Source: Eledone cirrhosa (Eukaryota). From it: a DNA stretch of 64,000 bases. Location of the stretch: NCBI GenBank assembly GCA_964016885.1, contig OZ024740.1:36456001-36520000 (forward strand). Reading direction: 5' to 3'. Under the pieces are notes generated by a model. That model did no database searches. It was not told the DNA's origin and saw nothing but the letters and a program-made list of their open reading frames with translations. Made by a program: the position numbers and the translations under genes. This document shows, one piece after another, positions 37,181 to 55,958 of the stretch. Position 1 is the stretch's first letter; every line of letters begins with the position of its first letter.

Positions 37181-37633
37181 AATGTGTCTGTTGATTTTTG
37201 GCATATAGTTGATTAGTTTAAGAGAAGTTGGAAGATAATAGTAAGATATGCACTCAGTATTTTGAATCTGTCTGCAGAATTCTCTAGACCTTTGTCACTT
37301 AGTAGAACCTTAATGATTTTAGCTTTTAAAGAATCTCCCTTTTCTTTAATTCTATCGACCATGACTGCCCCCCCCACTGATTTTATAGACATCTGTTAGC
37401 TTAAGAGAAACTTAATGACAAGGAATGGTATGCCATCCGGAACCTGTTTATAGAATTCTGTCTGCCCTTGTTACTCTAAAAACATAAATAAATAAAAATA
37501 AACTATAGCTTTGTAGAATTAGCTTTTAATGAATTCCCTTTTCTATCAACCAATGACCTGCACCCATCCCACTCCCCACCCTCTCCTACCACTTGTAGAG
37601 ACCTATAAATACCATTTTTATTTTTTGATACCC

Positions 37634-37684
37634 AGATTCCTGATGATTTCTAATGAATGAAACAGTTCTAGTCCTGTAGAATCT
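37634..37684 (+). ncRNA. Type I hammerhead ribozyme
   Basis: agattc-CTGATGA-t-ttc-taat-gaa-t-GAAA-cag-ttctagtc-ctg-TA^gaatct. Confidence 0.9.
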
Positions 37685-37698
37685 CATCTATATTAAAA

Positions 37699-37745
<47 letters not shown>

Positions 37746-37877
37746 GTGAGGTTTTTTTTACAAAATGAAAAATAACCGAGGTGTCCTACACGAGTGGAAG
37801 TATAAAGAAAAATGGATGAAATCGAAAATGCAACTGAAGTCTTATTTTTTTTTTTAAATATATATATTTATTTGGTT

Positions 37878-37915
37878 CCTTTACCGGTTTCGCAGTTCTT
37901 CTGCTTTTCAAAAGG
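37878..37915 (-). ncRNA. Minimal type I hammerhead, U3-A8 variant (inverted pLTR)
   Basis: Reverse complement of 42065-42102. Confidence 0.8.
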
Positions 37916-38423
37916 TGAGTTGAGATGGAGGGTCTGTGGTTTTTCTCACATCTGGTTGGTCTCTAAATGTTACTTGTTTTATATGGAAAAACTGGCTCGA
38001 AAACCAGGTTTTTCGAGAAGTAATTTGATTGGTTTGTCAATAATTATAATAAATTTCGCGCCAGTTCGCGTTACAATAGTTCTTCAAATAAGAGAGGGGG
38101 TGGTTGTCGCAGGTTGTTTTTTCATATATGAGTGTTTGAATTTCTTTTTACTTGAAAAAATGAGGCTCACGAAGGCTTTTTTTGGTTGGTTATAAATGAA
38201 ATTTGGCTGTCACGTGAACAAGTTTTCATTACATTTTTGCGCCCTTATTTGGAAAACTATTCTGTAGTCTATAGTGAATGTTATGACAATGGAGAGATAG
38301 TGGTCAAGGGAAAAGGGATTGGGAGAAATGTTCTGGTTCAGTGAATATGGCCAGCTGTCAGAGTTCAGGTGTCAGAGTTCAGATTTTCTATTGAGACTGA
38401 AGATATGTGTTTATTTGTGTGCT

Positions 38424-38460
<37 letters not shown>

Positions 38461-38757
38461 ATGTGTGTATTGGAAGATGATTCTATTAGTAGAGATGGGG
38501 GAGGGAGTTGTGTGTGTGTGTATATGGGTGTTATGTGTGTGTGTGCGAGTATGTTAGATAGAGAGAATATATATTTTTTGTGTGTGTGTATATATATATG
38601 TGTGTAGGAAAGTGGTTCTATTAGTAGAAATGGGGAGGGTGTTGTAGGTGTGGGGGTTTTTATGTGTGTGTATGGGTGTTATGTGTGTGGGAGTATGGTT
38701 AGCATGTTAAGATGAAGAGAATATATATATATATATATACAGGACTCACGACACCCG

Positions 38758-41028
38758 GTGGCACAAACCGATTTTGAAAAACCGAAAATAATTAACATTT
38801 CAAATACAAACCTCTCAGCCCAACAAGTAAAAATTCTCTCCAAAGGTCTGAAATTCACACCAACACCACAATATCCTAACCCCAACGAGATAAATGACGA
38901 TATCTCACACTTCTGTAGAAAATTACGTCTCACAGAGGAATTCTTTGACAAGGAGAATAACGACGAATCAATTGTACGGAATAAAAGCAGCTACAACCCA
39001 ACAAAAGGTAGAAACAGAGTTCTGGACAAATTTTGTGACCACATAGCTACCTTCCCATACCATGAACTACCGCAACCTAAACCCAAACCCAACACAAGTC
39101 GAAGGGAATGGGAGATTATCCATGAACTAAAAAACAATCCGGACATTGTAATTAAGGAAGCGGACAAGGGAAGTACTGTTGTCATTATGGAGGCTGAAAA
39201 ATATAAAAATTCTATGTTCTCTCTCTTACAAAATGCTAATTACTATGAAAGAGTAAAAAACTACCAGCAATCAAAAATAATGACCAAATTAAACACACTG
39301 ATTTATCGATACCAGGAAGACCTAACTAAAAAGGAACGCGATTATTTAACAAATTTTGAATACAAAACCAGCAACCTTTACGGACTTCCGAAGATCCACA
39401 AATGTAAAATAATCAACGATGCCTGTAAACAATCCACCTCAGCCTGCGTGAACACACAATACCCCACAGACCTTAAATTAAGACCAATTGTAGCGGGCCC
39501 ACAATGTGAAACACACAGATTGAGCAACTTTATAGACATACTACTGAAACCAATACTGAAACACATACCAAGCCTTGTAAGAGACGATCTGGACCTCTTA
39601 AACCACCTCTCCAAACATGTCAACAACGACACTATTATTGTGTCTTTCGATGTAGTGAATCTCTACACAACGATCCCACACCAATACGGACTAGAAGCAA
39701 TAGGATTCTGGCTAGAGAAATATCCCAATGAGATACCTGACAGAATAGAAAAAAGCTTCATCACCGAGGGATTAAAATTCATCCTACAGAACAACTTTTT
39801 TGATTTCGATGGCAATACTTACAAGCAAATATCGGGGACTGCGATGGGCACAAAAGCCGCTCCAACTTATGCCAACTTAGTCATGGCATACTTAGAAGTC
39901 CAGATATATGAACAGTCCAAATCAAAATACGGATTGAACTTCCACAAATATTTATCAGAGAATTGGAAACGCTACTTGGATGATTGCCTCATTCTTTGGT
40001 CCCACACACTCGACCAACTGAAGGATTTCAAAAACTTAATAAACGGCATCAATAACCACATCCAATTCACAATGGAATACAGCCAAGATCAACTCCCATT
40101 TCTGGACATCTTAATCACAAAAAAAGACACAAATATCGAAACTGACATACACTTCAAACCAACAGATTCCAAACAATATCTGCTATTCACCTCCAACCAT
40201 CCAAAGCACACGAAGACGAACATTCCTTTTAACCTAGCAAGAAGAATTTGCACAATTGTCTCCAATTATGAAACGCGAAATAAAAGACTTCAAGAATTAA
40301 AGGAAATTCTACTTGAGAGAGAGTACCCACTATTACTAATAAATAATGGAATAGAAAGGGCTAAAGCAATAGGCATTGATGAATTACGGAAACAGAAACA
40401 AATTCAAGGTACGTCCAATATTCTATCATATATCTCAACACACAACCCAAGAAATGCGGAAGCTTACAACACTATTCACAATAACATCCCACTACTAAAA
40501 CAAAACCCAAGAATGAAAAAAGCCCTTGAAACACACAAAATAATCAAAAGCAAAAGACAACCAAAATCACTGAAAACATTACTCACCAATGCCAAATTAC
40601 CTACCACAAACCCACAACCAAGTATCAAAAAATGTGGTCGCTCTAATTGTGGAACCTGCACTCACCTCATTGAAGGCAACACGTATACATTTAAATCAGG
40701 ACAAAATTTTACTGTAAAAAATCACTTCACTTGCTCATCAAAAAATCTGATTTATGCCATTAAATGTAAAGGATGCAATGAAGATTATATAGGACAAACT
40801 AAACTCACACTCAGAAACAGAAAGACAGTTCATCGCCAACAATTACGAGATCCAACCACGAGACAAATACCACTAAGTGCACATCTAGACATTTGCGCAA
40901 GTAATAAGACACCCAAATTCCAAGTCTTCCCATTTTACCTTTGCGCTAACAATACAACAGAACAAATGCGAATAAATAAGGAAAATATGTTTATTCAAAA
41001 ATATAGACCAACATTAAATAAGGTTTAA
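38758..41028 (+). CDS. PLE reverse transcriptase plus GIY-YIG endonuclease, uninterrupted 756 aa but lacking the N-terminus
   Basis: LSKGLKFTP, IKEADKG, LYGLPKIHK, LRPIV, FDVVNLYT, GTAMGT, RYLDD, CGRSNCGTC, LIYAIKC..C...YIGQT. Confidence 0.95.
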   Translation: MAQTDFEKPKIINISNTNLSAQQVKILSKGLKFTPTPQYPNPNEINDDISHFCRKLRLTEEFFDKENNDESIVRNKSSYNPTKGRNRVLDKFCDHIATFPYHELPQPKPKPNTSRREWEIIHELKNNPDIVIKEADKGSTVVIMEAEKYKNSMFSLLQNANYYERVKNYQQSKIMTKLNTLIYRYQEDLTKKERDYLTNFEYKTSNLYGLPKIHKCKIINDACKQSTSACVNTQYPTDLKLRPIVAGPQCETHRLSNFIDILLKPILKHIPSLVRDDLDLLNHLSKHVNNDTIIVSFDVVNLYTTIPHQYGLEAIGFWLEKYPNEIPDRIEKSFITEGLKFILQNNFFDFDGNTYKQISGTAMGTKAAPTYANLVMAYLEVQIYEQSKSKYGLNFHKYLSENWKRYLDDCLILWSHTLDQLKDFKNLINGINNHIQFTMEYSQDQLPFLDILITKKDTNIETDIHFKPTDSKQYLLFTSNHPKHTKTNIPFNLARRICTIVSNYETRNKRLQELKEILLEREYPLLLINNGIERAKAIGIDELRKQKQIQGTSNILSYISTHNPRNAEAYNTIHNNIPLLKQNPRMKKALETHKIIKSKRQPKSLKTLLTNAKLPTTNPQPSIKKCGRSNCGTCTHLIEGNTYTFKSGQNFTVKNHFTCSSKNLIYAIKCKGCNEDYIGQTKLTLRNRKTVHRQQLRDPTTRQIPLSAHLDICASNKTPKFQVFPFYLCANNTTEQMRINKENMFIQKYRPTLNKV

Positions 41029-41519
41029 TATACATTATGTCAACACCACAATATGACATACACACACACACATAACACCTACTTTAGAAAATAAAAACCC
41101 GAACTAAATAAACCTTAAACATACGTTTGCACTGGCAATACAACAGCAAACACGAAAAAGTCAGGAAAATATGTTCATTCAAAAATATTCCTACTAAAGG
41201 AATCATTTTCCTACACACACACATACACACACACAATATATATATATATATATATATATTCTCTTCATCTTAACATGCTAACCATACTCCCACACACATA
41301 ACACCCATACACACACATAAAAACCCCCACACCTACAACACCCTCCCCATTTCTACTAATAGAACCACTTTCCTACACACATATATATATACACACACAC
41401 AAAAAATATATATTCTCTCTATCTAACATACTCGCACACACACACATAACACCCATATACACACACACACAACTCCCTCCCCCATCTCTACTAATAGAAT
41501 CATCTTCCAATACACACAT

Positions 41520-41556
<37 letters not shown>

Positions 41557-42064
41557 AGCACACAAATAAACACATATCTTCAGTCTCAATAGAAAATCTG
41601 AACTCTGACACCTGAACTCTGACAGCTGGCCATATTCACTGAACCAGAACATTTCTCCCAATCCCTTTTCCCTTGACCACTATCTCTCCATTGTCATAAC
41701 ATTCACTATAGACTACAGAATAGTTTTCCAAATAAGGGCGCAAAAATGTAATGAAAACTTGTTCACGTGACAGCCAAATTTCATTTATAACCAACCAAAA
41801 AAAGCCTTCGTGAGCCTCATTTTTTCAAGTAAAAAGAAATTCAAACACTCATATATGAAAAAAACAACCTGTGACAACCACCCCCTCTCTTATTTGAAGA
41901 ACTATTGTAACGCGAACTGGCGCGAAATTTATTATAATTATTGACAAACCAATCAAATTACTTCTCGAAAACCTGGTTTTCGAGCCAGTTTTTCCATATA
42001 AAACAAGTAACATTTAGAGACCAACCAGATGTGAGAAAAACCACAGACCTTCCATCTCAACTCA

Positions 42065-42102
42065 CCTTTTGAAAAGCAGAAGAACTGCGAAACCGGTAAA
42101 GG
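42065..42102 (+). ncRNA. Minimal type I hammerhead, U3-A8 variant
   Basis: cctt-TTGAAAA-gcag-aagaa-ctgc-GAAA-ccgg-TA^aagg. Confidence 0.8.
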
Positions 42103-42170
42103 AACCAAATAAATATATATATTTTAAAAAAAATAAGACTTCAGTTGCATTTTCGATTTCATCCCTTTTT

Positions 42171-42267
<97 letters not shown>

Positions 42268-42308
42268 ATGTATGTGGGCACGTATATATGTATATATATG
42301 TATATCTA

Positions 42309-42351
<43 letters not shown>

Positions 42352-42498
42352 TATTTTCCGTTGTGTTGTAATATAAATATTACACACAGTAGATTATCAG
42401 CTCACGTAGAGTTTGCTCGACGGTTCCAGTTGTAGTTCCAAAAGTAATCCGGAGAAAAATAGAAAGATTTGAATGGATACAGTTTAGTTGAAAGGAAT

Positions 42499-42618
42499 TT
42501 ATTGACACGTGTTTCTATAACAGTTACGTAACCTAAAACAGCTGCTATCTACAAACTTTTAGTTATGCAGACATTCAATATTTCAATGTTATTATTTACT
42601 GTCATTTCATCAGAATAA
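42499..42618 (-). ncRNA. Type I hammerhead with large loop II (inverted copy)
   Basis: Reverse complement of 46424-46543. Confidence 0.8.
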
Positions 42619-43199
42619 TATTACTGAGGACCTATTTAGTTTTTATAGAGAATATTAGGAGGGAGGGGTGAAGTTGTTAGAAGAATAGTTGAAGGAGTGG
42701 TTTTTCGATAGCAGTGAGAATTCTTGGTGGCAGTGAGTAATTAGATTCCCATCTGTTGTTTTGACATTTTTTATGGAATATATTATTGGTTATTTTTCTA
42801 AATCTATAGAAGGATTAGAGATAGTAAAGATATGCGTGGTTGGTTTTGTGTTTGCACTTAATTAACATTCAGACTTAAATTTTTCTTTCAAGTGTAAGTA
42901 TCCTTTCACACACGCATTCACACACAAATATATTTGCGCACCTCTACAAAATACATATACTCACAATTCACATATTCATACTTACATATATATACACATG
43001 CATACACATATATATACACACATGTATTCATGTACATACATACGCGCTCATGTGTATACATTTTCATACTCAACTTATCTTTATATACACACGTATAGAC
43101 ACACACATATATACATACATACTCTAGTCCATGTGTACACACATACACATACATACACATCTATATACACATACATACATACACACATATATATACATA

Positions 43200-43355
<156 letters not shown>

Positions 43356-43683
43356 CACTTTAATACATGAATACACTTACATCTAACTATACACATGAAA
43401 CATATATATATATTTACTTATTTATATACATTTTCACATATATATACATACTTATGGACGTTTTTAGACACATTCATTATCGCATATTTGCACCTATTCT
43501 CATCAGCATATCTTTCCATTATTAGTGTGGTAATTTAAGGTAATTAATATATGTTGAGAAGAGATTGTTTTTATATTTTTCTAACTAGATTAAGGTTTAT
43601 ATAGTTGGGGGATGTCCCTCTTTTATGTAATATTCGGCTTGTAGTGGGAAAAAAGGGTTTTAGTTCTGTGACGGCAGAACACT

Positions 43684-45622
43684 ATGGATTGCACTACATA
43701 CAACAACTTCATTCGAAAAGAATTACATAAAAAATATAGAAAAACGAGTGAAGTAACCCTTAAGCACATCAATGATGAGGCATGCGAAATAGTGAAAAAT
43801 ATCGGAATCGAAGATAGGACAGGACCACTCTTACCGGCGGTACCCACCTTCAATCTTAAGGACCACAAGGTAAACTTTGATAATGACCCTAAAATTAGAT
43901 TAATCTGCCCCTCTAAATCAGATATAGGTAAAATAAGCAAATATATCTTAGATAGAATCATCCCCCAAATTAAGGCTAAGGTTAACATTAAACTCTGGGG
44001 GAAGACCCAAGAAGCAATAAGATGGTTTAATAGCATTAGCAATAAGAATAAATCTAAGTTTATCCAGTTTGATATCGATGAATATTACTCATCGATATCA
44101 CCTGAAACTTTGAATAGAGCCATTAAGTTTGCTAAGGATAACTCTGACCTTACAAACGATGAAATTAAGATTATATTAGAAGCTAGGAAAACTATAGTCA
44201 AATTTGAGAACAGTTATTGGGTACGTAAAGATAGACCCTCTAACTTTGACATAACAATGGGCTCTAACGATTCGGCGGAAATAACTGATATTGTGGGGTT
44301 ATTTATCGCCTTTAGACTCCAGGAAAAATTCAGCAATCTCCACGGCGGAATATACCGCGATGATGTTCTCCTCCTAGCTAAAAACCTTAATAACCAAAAA
44401 CTAGAAAAACTACGCAAAGATATAAGAAAACTACTACTCGAAATAAGACTAACTATAACATATGAATACAACCTTAAAGTAGTTAACTTCCTGGATGTCA
44501 CACTCAATTTAAACTCTGGTTTGATTAAACCGTTTCATAAATTGAATGAAAATCTCAAATACGTAAATGTTGGGTCTAACCACCCCATCTCTATAATTAA
44601 ATCTATCCCTAAAAATATTTCCCTTAGAATCTCGGGTCTATCTTCTAACATACAAGTATTTAAGGAACACGCCGAGTACTACGATAACGCCCTTAGTAAA
44701 GCAAGCTACCTCAACAAAATAGAGTACATAGATGGGAACAATCAAAACACCCAAAATAAATCCCACATAGGTAGATATAATAACACAACACCAAACCACA
44801 CTTACTACCATAGTATGCACACCAGTAAACCAACAAACAAAACTAATAGAAAGCGATGCAAAGAATACTTATGGTATAACCCCGAATACAATAGTTCCAT
44901 TAGTACAAATTTACCAGTACTCTTCTTTAAAATAATTAAAAGACATTTTCCCACATCACACAAATACAACAAAATCCTAAACCCTACCACTATAAGACTG
45001 TCATACTCTACAGCGTTAAACCTTGAACAACACATAAAAAAAAATCAATACTAGAAGGTTAAACGAAAACACTAAGAACTTAAGTACAAAGAACACAAAA
45101 AAAACAGTAGACAATACACTACAGAACATAAATAAACCACACCTAAGTTCGTCCGCAATACTACTCCAGAGAAAACCCAACGTACACAACTGTAACTGCA
45201 CCTATCCTGACAACTGCCCCCTCGGCAATAACTGCCTGGAAAAAAATATTATTTATAAGTGTACCATTAAATCCGGAGGCAACGAGTGGTATTACGTGGG
45301 ATCAACGGCAACATCGTTTAAATCTCGATTGTATAGGCATTCTTACTCAATAAAACACCAGAGCCAAAGAAATGTAACAACTTTAGCAGAAAAAGCTTGG
45401 ACGCTCAGGGATAGCGATCAAAAGTTTACCCTAAAATGGGAGAAATTAGCTAAAACCCAAAGCTTTTCCAGGAGCCAAAATTTCTGCAAATTGTGTAATC
45501 TTGAGATTTATTACATAATCACACACAAGAAGAAACTGCTGAATAACAGAATTGAACGAACATTATTCTGCCGTCACAGAACTAAAACCCTTTTTTCCCA
45601 CTACAAGCCGAATATTACATAA
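43684..45622 (+). pseudogene. PLE RT plus GIY-YIG, one frameshift at the A-run near 45036-45045
   Basis: LKDHKVNF, RLICPSKSDIG, FDIDEYY, MGSNDSAEI, YRDD, FLDV, then CNC..CPL..CL..IIYKC...YVGST..FKSR in another frame. Confidence 0.9.
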
Positions 45623-46423
45623 AAGAGGGACATCCCCCAACTATATAAACCTTAATCTAGTTAGAAAAATATAAAAACAATCTCTTCTCAACATATATTA
45701 ATTACCTTAAATTACCACACTAATAATGGAAAGATATGCTGATGAGAATAGGTGCAAATATGCGATAATGAATGTGTCTAAAAACGTCCATAAGTATGTA
45801 TATATATGTGAAAATGTATATAAATAAGTAAATATATATATATGTTTGATGTGTATAGTTAGATGTAAGTGTATTCATGTATTAAAGTGCTTATATATAT
45901 ATATATATATATGTATGTATATATATGTGTGTATGTATGTATGTGTATATAGATGTGTATGTATGTGTATGTGTGTACACATGGACTAGAGTATGTATGT
46001 ATATATGTGTGTGTCTATACGTGTGTATATATATGTGTATGCATGTGTATATATATGTAAGTATGAATATGTGAATTGTGAGTATATGTATTTTGTAGAG
46101 GTGCGCAAATATATTTGTGTGTGAATGCGTGTGTGAAAGGATACTTACACTTGAAAGAAAAATTTAAGTCTGAATGTTAATTAAGTGCAAACACAAAACC
46201 AACCACGCATATCTTTACTATCTCTAATCCTTCTATAGATTTAGAAAAATAACCAATAATATATTCCATAAAAAATGTCAAAACAACAGATGGGAATCTA
46301 ATTACTCACTGCCACCAAGAATTCTCACTGCTATCGAAAAACCACTCCTTCAACTATTCTTCTAACAACTTCACCCCTCCCTCCTAATATTCTCTATAAA
46401 AACTAAATAGGTCCTCAGTAATA

Positions 46424-46543
46424 TTATTCTGATGAAATGACAGTAAATAATAACATTGAAATATTGAATGTCTGCATAACTAAAAGTTTGTAGATAGCAG
46501 CTGTTTTAGGTTACGTAACTGTTATAGAAACACGTGTCAATAA
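46424..46543 (+). ncRNA. Type I hammerhead with 73-nt loop II insertion
   Basis: ttatt-CTGATGA-a-atgacagt-(73 nt)-actgttat-a-GAAA-cacgtg-TC^aataa. Confidence 0.8.
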
Positions 46544-46577
46544 ATTCCTTTCAACTAAACTGTATCCATTCAAATCT

Positions 46578-46619
<42 letters not shown>

Positions 46620-46698
46620 AAGTATATATATCCCTACACGCACAAAGCGCTCAGGGAAACATGTATTGTCCAACCATATATTCTCCGAGTGAAAAGAT

Positions 46699-46782
46699 CC
46701 TTCTGACGAGAGTTTATCTTTGCAACGGATGCCGTATGGACTGTACGTTTATTTTTGAGACTCGAAACCGATTCGGTAAAGG
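46699..46782 (+). ncRNA. Type I hammerhead in a short (about 240 bp) element between (TA)n tracts
   Basis: cctt-CTGACGA-gagttt-(42 nt)-agactc-GAAA-ccg-att-cgg-TA^aagg. Confidence 0.9.
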
Positions 46783-47559
46783 TAACCAAAGTGAGTAAAG
46801 TTAATTTTTTAATATTTATTTTGAAACTTTTTCTTATTTGCTAAACCTTGATTATATATATATATATATATATGCTTGTGTGTCTGTGTCTATATACTAT
46901 ATATGTATGTTTGCATGCATGAATGAATACACTAAGCTTTAGATTTAGTAGAATGTACAACCACTGATTCCAGCTATTTGCACTATCGTATATTTTGGTT
47001 TCTACTAATTCCCTGGGGAATTGGTTGACCAAATGCTTTGCTTAATTGTTTTATTCATTTAAAACATTTTTATTCTTCCTCTTAGACTTCAGATATTTTT
47101 TGAAAGCAAAGCATTGGTCCCTAAAATACTACAGTGGGCCCTGCAATGCTAGTGGGCCATTGCAATGATTAGAGATTTACCTTCTTCAAATGAGAAAAGG
47201 GTTATTCTGTCGGGGCACTTAGCATCACCACGGTCAAAGTCAGCTGGCTCCAGTTTTGCCGGAGCTCCCTCCTCTTTATCTGCAATGTTAGTTTTGATAG
47301 CGCTGGTTGCCAACGGGCGAAACTCCCCGTGAAATTTGTTCGCCTCGATCTCTGCTTCATTTCTGAGCTAGCACTGCGGGCCTATCTCTCTTCAAAATCA
47401 CCCAGCCGCACCCTCATCAGTGAGGTTATCTGCAAGACGGCAGAACCAGACGTGATCCAACAGCCTGCTAGAAAACGTTGCTACGTTTCCCGATAATCCC
47501 ATTTTAAACAATACCACCTAACTAAAGGAAAATAAATCATAAAACGGTCAATAACCAGT

Positions 47560-47767
47560 ATAGTATCGGTAGAGAGTCGGGCGCCATGCTTTGCAGCAAA
47601 GAGTTACGGCCCTTTATGGTTTGAGTTCAAATCCAGCCGAGGTTAACTTTGCCTTTCATCCTTACGGGGTTGATAAAATAAATATCAGTCACGCATGGGG
47701 TTCGATTTAATCGATTTCACCTCCTCCAATATTGCTGGCCTTGTGCTTATATAAGAAACCATAATAA
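47560..47767 (+). mobile_element. OR-like tRNA-derived SINE
   Basis: agtatcggtagagagtcgg...gagttcaaatcc.gccgaggttaactttgcctttcatcc. Confidence 0.8.
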
Positions 47768-48050
47768 GCTCATTCATATTTTTTAAGAAATGGAGAAAGC
47801 AAGATTCTTGTAAAAATGACAGAGTATATCGTACATAATCTCTAAACTCTAATCCACAAACTCTACTATATCCATTCACTAATGTTTCTCTCATTTCTAC
47901 ATCAAATTGTCTTGCCACTTGCTTCTGTCCGAGATAATTTCGAATTATAACTCATCAGACAGACTGACTTATATTCTCATAAATAAATTACGTGTAGGAA
48001 ACTTGAAGTCACATACCTTTGTTACAAGTGAAAGGAGAACTAAATATATA

Positions 48051-53540
<5,490 letters not shown>

Positions 53541-53859
53541 TTTAGAGAATTTTATGAAATTCAAGTATATAATCAGAGATTAAATGGAATAGATACAAAA
53601 ATAAAGATAAAAATGCAAATGCAGTCTACATACCACTAAGATTAAAATAAATTAATACTGGCTCAGAACATTTTATTTTATTTAGCGCCACTAAACTCTG
53701 TGCACATCCCTTGATGACGTTTTAGTTGTCAAAGAAATGACGTGCTACACATGTGGTTAACGAAAGGGGGATAACTCTAATTATTCATCTAATAGGATTC
53801 AGACTATGACCAAATTAAAGAGAAAAGAATATAAAGAGTAAAATTATAAGTTCAGTAAC

Positions 53860-55038
53860 CTCACCCAATCCCACCCCATAAACCCTACCGCACCAAATAC
53901 CGCACTACCCCACATCCCACCACTTTACTCCACCCCACACCTCACTATAACTTAGTAAATCTAACCACACCACCTCAAAGTACACCCCGCTACACTAAAC
54001 TACAGGATATCACCCCACACCAGTTCACACCACATTACTCCACCACATCACACCACACCAACCCATTAAACAACCTAACCGCGCGACACCACACCATACC
54101 ACACCACGCCATACCACTCCACCGAAATTCAACCACCATATACGACGCCACACCACTCGACTCATTCAACTAAACCACAAGAAAGCACACCACACACCGC
54201 TATACCCTACCACTCCTTGAAGCATCATACCACTTCACTACCCCATAAACAGTACACCACACCCAACTTCGCCAAACTACGCACTTCTATATCGGGAACA
54301 ATTAAACCGCAGTACACTACACAACACCACACGAAACCGCAGTACACCACACAACACCACACCAAACTACGGTACACCACACTACATCACTTAAAAACAC
54401 ACCCCATCCCACTACCCTAAACCTCACTAAATTACAAACACTACATAATACTACACCACACCTCAGCAAATCATACTTCATTCCCTGACACCACCCAACA
54501 CTACAACACACCACATCACACTAAAATACACCACAACTCACCACGCTGCACTACATTACTACACACTAAACCACACAACATCATACACCGCCACATCACC
54601 ACATACCGCACTATACCACCACACACCACAACCACATACTTCTCACACTACTCCATACTATTCAAAATCTCACCACAGCAGACTATACTATTCTACACCT
54701 TAGTCCAGTGAATGTAGCAGCTGAAACTGCATAGGTGGGAACACAGCTCACCAATCTACACCACACCAGTAAACACCTCTCGCCTCCACTCCCCCCATAC
54801 CACATCACAGCAAACTACATCACAACCCACACATCCCGCCTTACTGCACAACAATACCCGACCCCCTAATTCAAGCATCACCTTACAGCACATCACATCA
54901 TAACACTACATTACACTCCATACCACTAAACTACTGGACACCTTTCCATACTACTCAACACCAGGTCCCACCAAAACACACACATTCATTCAACCACACC
55001 AAGGGTCACCGCCCCCCACTATAGTACGCCTATACACT

Positions 55039-55040
<2 letters not shown>
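53860..55040. repeat. Degenerate (ACACC)n/(ACTAC)n pentamer-type low-complexity tract
   Basis: Very G-poor top strand with recurrent caccacac/actacac. Confidence 0.8.
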
Positions 55041-55107
<67 letters not shown>

Positions 55108-55168
55108 CGATATATATATACGATATATATATATATATATATATATATTTATTAAAATAACAGATTAA

Positions 55169-55219
55169 AGTTTAAGCAAAGAATCGCTGCTTTCACCCTT
55201 AACGGGATCTTCTGAAACT
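55169..55219 (-). ncRNA. Type I hammerhead, U4A core variant (copy 3)
   Basis: Same sequence as 13279-13329. Confidence 0.65.
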
Positions 55220-55560
55220 AAAAAAATCAATCTGTGAACGTAGAAGTAAATATTTCGAAAAACGTTGCAACCGAAATATGTTTTCCTGCTAGGTACGTGT
55301 ATGTTCTTTGTAGAAATATTCAGGTGTTGTTTCTGCATGTTGAATATAAGTCAATAGAGTGCTCAACCGAGGGAGCCAAATAGTAATAATAATTGTTTCT
55401 ACTTTTGGCACAAGGCCATCAATTATCCAGAATTAGCCGTCGAAACGGCTTGAGCTCAGCCGTCGGGGTCCTACTCGTTCCTATTACCCACTCTACTACC
55501 CTAAGTATTGAGTACTTTCGTGTGTTATGGTCCACCTGGTTCCTTACCACATTTCCTTCG

Positions 55561-55629
<69 letters not shown>

Positions 55630-55824
55630 AAATAGAAGTACTCGTTTTCTGTACGTAAATTCACGTTAGTGTAAAATGAATATGCTTGACAATAAATGGG
55701 AGAAGCTACTTACCGGTTGATTATGCTGAACGTGGTTGGTGGAGTTATGTAACGTAAGTATCTTGATACGAGATGCGCCATTAAGTATAGTCCATAGGTT
55801 CCAAGTAGAATTTCACGGAGTAAT

Positions 55825-55880
55825 TTAAAGTGAACAGGGTACTAGGAAAAATAAATTTCCTAGTACCCTGTTCACTTTAA
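55825..55880. repeat. 25-bp perfect inverted repeat next to (TA)n
   Basis: ttaaagtgaacagggtactaggaaa / tttcctagtaccctgttcactttaa. Confidence 0.9.
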
Positions 55881-55882
55881 CT

Positions 55883-55958
<76 letters not shown>

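Larger units (their letters stand above)
37737..42175 (+). mobile_element. Penelope-like element (Neptune-like), 5'-truncated, with inverted 5' pLTR (37737-38738)
   Basis: 37800-38738 is the reverse complement of 41240-42175. (TA)n at both ends. Confidence 0.95.
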
